From: the human T2T-CHM13v2.0 reference genome, Homo sapiens
Reading direction: 5' to 3' (one strand)
NCBI RefSeq assembly: GCF_009914755.1
Contig: NC_060926.1
DNA length: 64,000 bases
In this document: one piece after another, positions 53,386 through 64,000 of the stretch
Numbering within the stretch: the first letter of the stretch is position 1
Layout: each line of letters starts with the position of its first letter
Notes under the pieces: generated by a model
What the model was told of the DNA's origin: nothing
Database searches by the model: none
The model's input: only the letters and a program-made list of their open reading frames with translations
Made by a program: the position numbers and the translations under genes

Positions 53386-53749
53386 GATATGGTTTGGATT
53401 CGTATCCCTGCTCAAATCTCATGTACAATTGGAGAAGAGGCCTGGTGGGAGGTGATGGGATCATGGGGGCAGATTTCCCCCTTGCTGTTCTCGTGATAGT
53501 GAGTTTTCACGAGATCTGATCCTTTAAAGGTGTGTGGCACTTCTCCCTTCTCTTTCTCTTCCTCCTGCTCCACCATGGCAAGACATGCTTGCTTCCCCTT
53601 TGCCTTCCACCATGATTGTAAGTTTCCTGAGGCCTCCCAGCCACGCTTCCTGTTCAGCCTGCAGACTGTGAATCAATTAAACCTCTTTTCTTTATAGATT
53701 ACCCAGTCTCAGGTAGTTCTTTATAGCAGTGTGAGAATGAACTAATACA
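53386..53749 (+). mobile_element. MSTA/THE1-type MaLR solo LTR
   Basis: gatatggtttggat...ccatgattgtaagtttcctgaggcctcccag...gaactaataca; near-TSD gttac/gttat. Confidence 0.88.
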
Positions 53750-54644
53750 GTTATTTTAGTGTTTTTAACTGTATTAACACTCTATTTGGGTTGATTGATT
53801 TAACTATAGTTAATTCTGTTGATGAGGTATGAGGGAGTAATTTGATAAAAAGGTCTGAATTTATATATTGTTCTTAAGTAAATAGTAATTTTAAAGGAAT
53901 CATAGACAAAAATGTTTCCTTGCTGACACCTTTTTAAAAATAAAACGTTTACCTTAAAAATATTAACATTCTGTCAGAGAAAATTAAAAGGTAGATAAAA
54001 TATCTTAGTATTTTAATCTTAATAAAGTATATATTCATCATAATAACTGCTTATTTTCTTACATTTAATACAGTAACATAAAAGTCTAGATTAGGGACAT
54101 GAAAATATTCTATAATAGTTTTGCAAGAAAGTGATTTTATTAGGGCAAACAATAAGACTGTTAATGTCATGCATTGATATTTTATTTAAAAAATTGTGTA
54201 ATTATTTTTTTAGTAACATATGGATTCCCCAGCACTTTTGTTTTATAACCTCATTCTTAAAAATTCTGGTGGCTTGTTTTCTTGTATTTCCCTCAATTGT
54301 GGTGATCTTAAACAGATCTTCAGTTTTAAATCTGCCGTTCGTTCTAATACAGATGCGTAAATATATTTTCTCCAGTTGGCTATTTATTACAAAGACAGTT
54401 TATTTGTGGGCACCATAAAGACATCTGCATTTTACTGAACTTAATTTTTAGTAATAAAGACCTCCCACATTACAGATTCTTTCCAGCCTAAATGTGCCTG
54501 TGTGGGAAGCAAAAGAACCATCAGTCAGGGGGAAAAAGTGAATCCATATGGTGCTGATGATTCTGCTTCCCTGGCTAAAATGAAGAAAGAGTTGAGTATC
54601 GACAATGCCCCCGGCACATCTCTGTTTTTTTCTAAAAAGCATGC

Positions 54645-55009
54645 TGCTATGGCTTGAATATTTGTGTCCCTCAACAACTCATATGTTGAAACTCAATTGC
54701 CACTATGGTAGTATTAAGAAGAGGTGGGGAATTTAGGAGGTAATTAGGTCAAGAGGGCTCTGCCCTTATGTATGGGATTAGTGTCCTTATAAAAGAGGCC
54801 CAAGGGAGTTTATTTGCCCCTTTTGCCCTTCTGCCATGTGAGGACATGTACAAGGTGCTATCTGTGAGAACTGGGACCCCCAAGACACTGAATCTGCTGG
54901 TGCCTTGATCATGGACTTTCCAACCTCCGAAAGTCAGGGCAGTATATTTCTGTTTATAAATTATCCAGACTAAGATATTTTGTTATAGCAGCCCTAATGG
55001 ACTAAGGCA
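54645..55009 (+). mobile_element. MST/MLT1A-type MaLR solo LTR
   Basis: tgctatggcttgaatatttgtgtccc...ttttgttatagcagccctaatggactaaggca. Confidence 0.8.
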
Positions 55010-55823
55010 CTTGCCATAATAAAGATGATTGGTGTCAGTCCCAAACCAGTACCTTCCAGCCAGCTCAGTTCATGCATGTATCATGCATCAAGCCATGGGT
55101 ACTTAACTTAAATTTTAAGGGCACATTCTACTTTGCCTCTAATCTTGCTCTGTTTCTCTTGCATCTGTGTCCAGTCTCTGGCTCTTTCCAGTCTCTTCCA
55201 CTTTGGGGCTCACTTCTACCCTTTGGATATGTTTGATTTTGGTTTCCCCAGTTGAATCTTCATTACTCTCTAGGGACTTTGGCTCAAGTTCTCACACAGG
55301 CCCTATGATATGGAGAAATCTTAAACTTCAAATCTGTCAAAAAGTAGTCAAAATATTGTGTCTTCAGCTTTATAAAAATGACAAACCAAAATTAATAATA
55401 GAACTTAAAGTGATGATATGTCTTCTTCATTATTACAGTTATACATAATTCTCCACTGTGAGGAGAACAGACAGGGCCTGAAAGCTTTTCTTTTGATTGA
55501 TAACAAAGTATCTGGAACAGCTCATTTCTCTTGGTCAATAATACCTATGGGATGAGGAGGAAATTGGATCTCATGTATTCTTTACTATCAGTGTTACCTC
55601 TCTCTGCACAAACAAGAAAAACCTATTAATATTATCTTCCCTGTATTTCTACTATTCACAGCTGCTTGTCAACTCTGAATTTCAGCTATAGAGAAGACAC
55701 TACTTCCTAAGACGCTGCTGTGTTTATGTCAATGTAAATTATTGGGTAAATTTAAATGCTGTTTAAGAAGCTTCCTTTTGCTGAGGGAGATGAAAATATG
55801 ACTTAACCTTAAAAAAATTATGG

Positions 55824-56467
<644 letters not shown>

Positions 56468-57179
56468 GCTAGTTAAGGAGGCAGAATGAACAGTAATAGA
56501 GATCTACGGATATAAAGAATGGAAATATAGCTTTCTAAATGTCATGGACAGTAATTCTTAGAATACAGGTTTCCTCTGCAAAAACCTAGTAAGCTGTCTG
56601 ACTTTTTGATTTACTGTGTGATTTAAAATGAGTTACCTCACCTCTCTGAACTTGTTTCTCATCAGTGAAGGGGGCTTTGGGTTACCAGCTCTGAAGCCTG
56701 TCCCACTTGTAATACCACCAATCTGTAATGCATATGATTTTTCTTTAATTGTGTAATTTAAGAAGCTATTAGGTTAAGACAAAGTTACTCAGGGAATTTA
56801 GTTTCTCCTCTTCCTGCCCCGTTCACCCCCGAAAGGTGAGAAGTGTGTGAAACTAAAGTATCTTATTCTCCAAGCTGAGCATCATTTCGGGTGTATGGAG
56901 TTGAAGGACAAATTACCTTCTGGCTTAGGCGCTGCTCAAGCCTCCTTTCTGCCAAGCATGTTTGAATAAACAACAACAACAAAAAACACTAATGTCTATC
57001 CACGGACTAATCAACCCAGCAATATAATGGAATAGAGGGAATTCATGCAGCCTTGAATCTGGTCCTTGGAGGACTGCCTGGGCAGGCAGTTTAAACTCCT
57101 TAAGCCTATATTCTTATCCGTAAAATGGCGATAATATTATTACTTTAATGGGTTGTTGAGAAGACGAAGTCAAATAGAA

Positions 57180-57306
57180 TATATGTGTATATATATGTAT
57201 ATATGTGTATATATGTACATGTGTACATATATACGTGTATATATTATATATGTGTGTATGTGTGTGTGTATATATGTATATATGTGTGTGTAGATATAGG
57301 TATATA
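57180..57306. repeat. Compound (TA)n/(TG)n microsatellite just upstream of the MTX2 promoter
   Basis: Mostly alternating purine-pyrimidine tract. Confidence 0.9.
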
Positions 57307-57419
57307 AGTGCCTGGTATCCAGTGGGCGTTTACAAATGTTACTCGGTTACAAAATTCTGGCTTACAGAAAGGACGCTAAAAATCTCCCAGATTCCCCTGC
57401 CAGTCCCCTGGGTGGGAGA

Positions 57420-57930
57420 CGAGTCGGGTACTTCGCTTCCACCTGCGGGCCCCCAGCGCAGAGCCTGGAATTGGCTGGACGGAGCTAGCCGCGCCGGCGC
57501 CCCGTAGGACGGCGCGGGGGCGGGGCCGGCGGAAGCGCTCGAGTGCCGTTGTCGGCTGCGCCGGAAGTCCCTAGCCAGGCCTGGCGGTAACCTTGGGGGC
57601 CTCACTGCAGCCGCCGCTGCTGTTGGAGTGGGCTTTGCGAGTCTGAACGTTGGCGGGGCTAGGCTCGTTAACTGCCGAGAGCCTCCGGGTTTGCGGTGGA
57701 GGACGCTGAGGCCCGTGGGGGGCAGGCACCCGGGCGCCGGGCCTCCCAGCCGACATGTCTCTAGTGGCGGAAGCCTTCGTCTCCCAGATTGCAGGTAGCG
57801 CGGCTGGCCGCAGACCCAGAAGGTGGCGGCGCGGTCTCGGGGAGCCGCGTGGGGTACAGGGCTGGAGCTTTCCTCCAGCCTTGCGGCATTATACGCTGAA
57901 CCCGGCCCGGATGGTGGAGGCGGGCACGGA
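57420..57930 (+). promoter_or_regulatory. MTX2: CpG island / TATA-less promoter and 5'UTR of MTX2
   Basis: Sharp GC/CpG enrichment; GC box GGGGCGGGGC at 57517-57526; ETS/GABP sites CGGAAG at 57530 and CCGGAAGT at 57561-57568, typical of nuclear-encoded mitochondrial genes. Confidence 0.88.
57755..57794 (+). CDS. MTX2: Metaxin-2, coding part of exon 1 (MSLVAEAFVSQIA + 1 nt, phase-1 intron follows)
   Basis: Peptide matches the known MTX2 N-terminus; ATG context gccgacATG; splice donor CAG|GTAGCG at 57794/57795; no further exon recognised in the window. Confidence 0.93.
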
Positions 57931-58280
57931 CTACCAACCTTATCTCACATATGGGAAAACTGAGAAGGAGACACTTGGCCAAGGTCACCCCGCAGGAGCA
58001 GGAGTCCCGTCTCCTTCCCTTGGGCGGTACTTTGTCCCACCTCCCCATTCAGTTGGGAGGTGCTGGAGTATGAGGGGGAGGCCTTGGATTGGGATTGAGG
58101 TGGGGGGCGTTACCACAGGGGCAAGCATCTGAACGCTTCAGTCTAAGAGTGGTGGCAGTTTCTGGGTCTTGGTACTCAAAAAGTTTAAGGTGACTGTCAC
58201 TAATCAGTTGTTACCTATTGTTGAGGGAACACCAGACTTCTTGCTTCGTCTCCCAGCGACACAGTAGTGCCATTTGCTAA

Positions 58281-58509
<229 letters not shown>

Positions 58510-59299
58510 TGAGTCGGTGGACTGAACATGACTGATGTATATAGGTTTGTAATTTCTCTTATTGAGGTTTTTATTTATTGTAATGAAAGAAATTAAATAT
58601 TGTTGAGAAAGTGAGGAGACTAAACATAGGTACTTTGAGATAGAGGCTAATGGAATTAGTCATAACTCCCTAGCAGTGTTTTCAACATGAGTACAGTAAT
58701 GAAGACAGTCACCACAATAAATAGGTACATTTGAAGTAATAAGATAGTATTTTGGAAATGGGAAGTACAGAATGTGTCATAAAATTTGCCGGAATGTTTT
58801 TCACTGCTTTGCGTTTGTGTGAACGTACATTTCTTTTTTTTCCTTCTTCACTTAAAAACATTATTTTTTAGAGGAGAGAAGCTCCTACTAGATTGCAAGC
58901 TTCCTGAAAGTAGGGATCAAACTTGTTTTGTTCCCCATTGTATCCATAGTCAGTTGGTGCTCAATAAATATTTGCGACCCAAATCAATGACTAATCTTGA
59001 GATTTCAAGCAATGATTATTTCTGCTTTTACCATTTATGTTGAAACAAAATCAGGCTTATATAGTTAGATCAGCGATTTAATTTAGTTTGCTACTATGTT
59101 GAAAAAAAAAACTTCACAGTGTATGTTGAGTGGTTCACTGTGTGCATGTGTCCTAATATGTGATTTCTTTTAATGAGAAAATGATGAATGTCTTTTAATA
59201 AACTTTGGATACTGCTTTAAGTAGTGACGTTTAAAAATTTCTAGGCATTTTGTCTGTCTGCCGTCTTAGCTATTTGTAGTGATCTGTTACTCTAGGAGG

Positions 59300-60990
59300 A
59301 AGCATTTAAAAATGGATAATTCAATAAATGGTGTTGGAACAACTACTAAGTCATTACACCACATGAATAAATTCCAGATTGATTAAAGATCTAAATATAA
59401 AACAACAAAATTGTAATAAAATAATTAGAGGAAAACATAGATTATTTTAATAATCCTTGGATAGCAGAAGAGGCCTAAGCAAAACTTAAGAATTCATAAT
59501 CCATAAGAGAAGAAATTGGCAGATTTGATTGCCGAAAAAATTTTAAAACTTTGATAAAAGACATCTCAAGTTAGTACAAATAAGAAGACAAACCAACAGA
59601 ATCAAGGACAAAGGATTGGAACAGGCATTTCACAAAAGGGTGAAATATAGATGGACAGTGAACAGATGAAAAGATGTTCTCTGTCCCTAATAATGTATAG
59701 CATCCTCCCACCCCTGCCATCAGATGGACAAAAGTGAATATGATTTCTAGTACTAATAGGGCATGGGGAAAAGTTACTCTCAAACTATTGGGTCTGTAAG
59801 TTAGTATTACTTTTTGGGAACGTAATGTAGCAATATTTATTAAAATGACATTCTCTGGCCTGAAAATTCTACTTATGGGGGTTTATCTGATAGAAATGTA
59901 AAGACCAGTACTTAAAGAAATACACAATGATATTAATTGCAGCATTATTTGTAATAGCGAAAAACTAGAAATGTTTTAAATATATGTCAAATTATTGTAC
60001 ACCAATCCACCAATTCCACTTCTGGGCATGTATCCAAAGGAATTGAAATTGTCTAAGAGGTATGTGCAGTCCCATGTTCATTGCAGCAGTATTCACAATA
60101 GCCAAGATATGGAAGCAACCCAGGTGTTTATCAGTGGATGAATGGATAAAGAAAATGTATATAAGATACAATGGAATACTATTCAGCCTTAAAAAAGAAG
60201 GAAACCCTATCATTTGTGATAAAATGGATGGATCTGGAGGACATTATGCTAAATGAAATAAGCTAGACATAGAAAGACAAGTAGTGATCTAAAATCTAAT
60301 CTTTTTGGGGAAATCTAAGAAAGTTGATCTCCTAGAAACAGAATAGAAAGGTGGTTACCAGAGGCTGAGGGGGACAGAGGTGAGAGATGGGGAAGAGGAA
60401 TGGAGAAGAGATGTTGATCAAAGGGAACAAAGTTTGTTAGACTAGAAGAAAAAGTTTTAGTGATCTATTGCACTGCAAGGTGACCACAGTTAATAATAAT
60501 GTATTATATATTTCAAAATTGCTAAAGGCTTAGATTTATAATTTTCTTACAAAAATTTAAGTTGGTGCGGTGATGGATATATTAATTACCTTGATTTATT
60601 CTTTCTATTCTTTGATTTATTTAGTTCAAAATATCACGTTGTACCTCCTAAATGTACAGTTATTATTTGTCAAAAACATTTATACAAAAATTATGGTATG
60701 GTCACATTTTTACAGATCCAAAAATGAAGAAGTATATCTGTTAAATACGTTGTCTTGAAAGCTATGGTTATATTAAGTAAAAAGTTATAAAATAATATCT
60801 ATTTTGTATGAACTCATGAAATCTATATAAACATACATATGTTTATATATGTTAAGAATATTCAACTAATTGTAACTAGCGATTGGGATAATAAAGATAG
60901 ATTGTTGGTAGAGGGTGGAGGAACTATATTTCTGAATTGTTTGAATTACTATAGTGAGCATAGTTTACTTTTGTAATTTAAATGATTGTA
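59300..60990 (+). mobile_element. Old L1M fragments (an L1MA-type 3' piece at ~60000-60680 within an older L1ME-like copy)
   Basis: ORF 60062-60256 (PMFIAAVFTIAKIWKQPRCLSVDEWIKKM) corresponds to the L1 ORF2 C-terminus. Confidence 0.75.
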
Positions 60991-61042
60991 ATTGTTAAAA
61001 TTTATAAGATTATGTTTTGCCAAGAAGTGAAAACAGGAGGCT

Positions 61043-61410
61043 GCCTTAATCTGTTTTGTGTTGCTATAACAGAATACCACAGACTAGGTAAGTTACAAAG
61101 AAAAAAAATTCAAGTCTCACATTTTGGGAGGCAACGAACTCCAGCTTCAAGGTGCCGGTATCTGATGCGAGCCTTTGTGCTGCATTATCCTGTGGCAGAA
61201 GGTGGAAAGGCCAGGGAGGGCAAGAGCCAGGGACTGAGAGGGCTGAACTTGCTTTTACAACAACCTACTCTTGGGATAAAGAGATGAATCCATTCATGAG
61301 GGTGGAGCCCTCATGATCTAGTCATCTCTTAACAATCCCACCTGTTAATACTGTCAGAATGGTAATTCCATTTCAGCATGAGTTGTGAAGGGGATATTCA
61401 GACTATAGCA
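61043..61410 (-). mobile_element. MST/MLT1A-type MaLR LTR
   Basis: ttttgtgttgctataacagaataccacagactagg...attcagactatagca. Confidence 0.75.
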
Positions 61411-62611
61411 GTGGTTAAAGTAATAATTTATCGGAAACCCTGTGTTTGACTTGTAAATGACTTATAAATGTGACTCAAATCCAGCAACTATTCACAGTGT
61501 TCTGTTTCTGGTAGTACAGGTTGGAGTTATGTATCTATATAGATCTGTTATAACTTAAGTAATTATGAATCTGTTTTTGTAGTTGAGAGCTCTAATTTTT
61601 AGTGTATCCAACACTTTGCTTATTACCTTTCCTTCCTGTGGACATGAGCTAACACTGATTATTTCTTTTGGAAACATTTAAAGATATCTGGCATCTCTCT
61701 GTGGTATTCTTGAAGTGACTTCTTTGAGATCCTTATTCATAAGGATATCTTTTTAGAAGTCTTCTCTGAACTCCCCAGTTTAAGTGAACTGCTTCTATCT
61801 CCTTACTACCAGTATTTCCCTTGCCAACTTTTCTCAGTTATCGTTCCTAAATAGGACTTATTCTGTCCATTTCTACTGCTGTTACCTTAGTTCAAAGCTT
61901 TGTCATTTTTTGCTTAGATAACCATAGTAGTCTCTGAATTGATTTCTCTGCTTCCAGTCTGGCTTCCTTCCAGTAGAGTCCATACACTGCAAGCCTCAGT
62001 GGGTTTTTTGTTTGTTTTGTTTTATTTTAATTTTCCTTAAAAAAAAAAAAACCTCCTCTTGTTTTAACATTTTGTTGGTTTCTCATTGTCAGTAGGACAG
62101 CCTCATGTCTTGTCACTTCTTTCCTTGCCCCTTGCCTGAGATGTGCACTTTGCTTGAATAACTCCTGTTCATCCTTTAAGACTCTGGGCACCGTTTTAAC
62201 CATTTAATGTAAGTCTACCTGACATTTTTTTCCTGTCAAATGAGAAAGGTTTGTTGTCTAGTTTTTTTTTCCTGATAATGATAATGATATGTTGCCATTA
62301 TGGAAAATGAAAACAATCCAGAGATAAAGTAAAAATTACCTGAAATCATACCACACAGATTAAGACTTTAAAATTCCATCCATCATTAAAACTTTGATGA
62401 GCAAAGCTATTTCATTCTCTTTCCCTGAATTAAAAAAATCGACATATAATATGCATAATTTTTTGTAACCTGTTTTGTCATATATTGGGATCTCTTTTCA
62501 TGTCTGTGAATGGAATTACACATCATCATTTTAAAATGGTTATGTAGTATTTCATTGTAATGAAGAAGCCAAAATTTACTTAAGTAGTATTACTCGGATG
62601 GGTATTTAGAG

Positions 62612-63167
62612 AGTTGTTATCAGTCAGTTCAACCAGAGAAGCAGAAGTACCAGGATATCTATTTCTCTCTCGAGCCACACACACACATGCATGTATGTGC
62701 ATACACAAACACATGGCAAAGAATTGGCTCTTAATGTGGAGGCTGGCAAAGTAAGTGCAAAGCATGCAAGGCGGGCAGTCAGGAGCCGGGGGAGATCCAG
62801 GACTAAGCACTGGCAAGACCAGGTACTACCTGGAGTGTCTGATCCCAGGGAGGACTTAGACCCTTTTTTAAAGGGCTTTCAACTGATAAAATCAGGCCAC
62901 TTAGGATACTCTCCCTTTTGATTAATGTAAAGCTAACTAAGTAGGGACTTTAATTATATCAGCAGAATCTCTTTATGGCAGCACCTAGATTAGGGTTAGA
63001 AAAGCTAGGAGGAAGTGTGTGTCTGCTACAAAATGACGTTGCCTCTCTTCTCTTCCCAACACCTGGCGGAGAATATCCCTTGTAGCCCACTTTAGAGACA
63101 TAGTAGAAAGGGAATTTTGGCAAGTGTATTCAGTGTAGGTAAGCTGATGTGTCCCAAAGCCATCACA
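62612..63167 (-). mobile_element. MLT2-like ERVL LTR
   Basis: cagttcaaccagagaagcagaa...ggctttcaactgataaaatcaggccac...aaagccatcaca. Confidence 0.55.
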
Positions 63168-63327
63168 CGTGTGTGTGATTTTTGTCTGTTGTAAGCAGTG
63201 CTTACGTAAACATATTTATGCATCTGTTCAGTAGTTTTTTGGAATATATTTTTTAAAGTGGAAGATAATTTTGAACTGTTCTTTTAGCTTAATATGGAAA
63301 GAAATGGTAAGTTATGCTTTTGAATGA

Positions 63328-63663
<336 letters not shown>

Positions 63664-64000
63664 TAGAATTTTAAAAGGATAAAAATAGACCTGGATATTA
63701 TTAAAAATAGTTTAAAAATATTTTATAACCTGTATATTTGTTTTCACTTTTTTTAATGGAGAGATTTTTCAATACATTACTCACATTTTGTTTTTTTAAT
63801 TTTGTTCTTCCAGTCAGTTGGTTATGAATATATCATAGGGGAGGGTTGTGTAATCCCATTTGGGCTACATGACGGCATTTGGAGCAGCCAAAAGGGTAGA
63901 GTACTTGGGTGGACAGGCCTAACTCACTTGCCCATCCCTGTGCCAGGAGTGGCTCCAGGTATTAGGGCTCCACAGTGCCACCAGATACACAAAAGAAGGG

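Noticed and set aside
57755-58132. 125-aa ORF starting at the MTX2 ATG
   Set aside because: Only the first 13 codons are MTX2; the rest reads through the GT donor at 57795 into GC-rich intron.

Overview
Primate (almost certainly human) genomic DNA, about half of it interspersed repeats. The only genuine coding sequence is coding exon 1 of MTX2 (metaxin-2; ATG 57755, donor at 57795) in a CpG-island promoter. By established gene order, the first ~57 kb is therefore the HOXD1-MTX2 intergenic interval (2q31.1, the telomeric HOXD regulatory side). It holds a full-length RPSA processed pseudogene, more than 20 Alus, MaLR/ERVL LTRs, hAT DNA-transposon relics, and L1/L2/MIR fragments. The most notable observation is two independent minus-strand L1 insertions of different ages (L1PA6-like at 6254-11958, L1PB-like at 37401-39213). 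Both look like retrocopies of SPLICED L1 RNAs, and both carry ~150 bp of non-L1 leader inside their target-site duplications (TSDs). Other notable items are a four-level nested insertion, an old ~190-bp direct duplication of unique DNA, a tiny orphan retro-insert and several fold-back (quasi-palindrome) mutation footprints. Repeat subfamily names and consensus comparisons are from memory and need Dfam/RepeatMasker confirmation.
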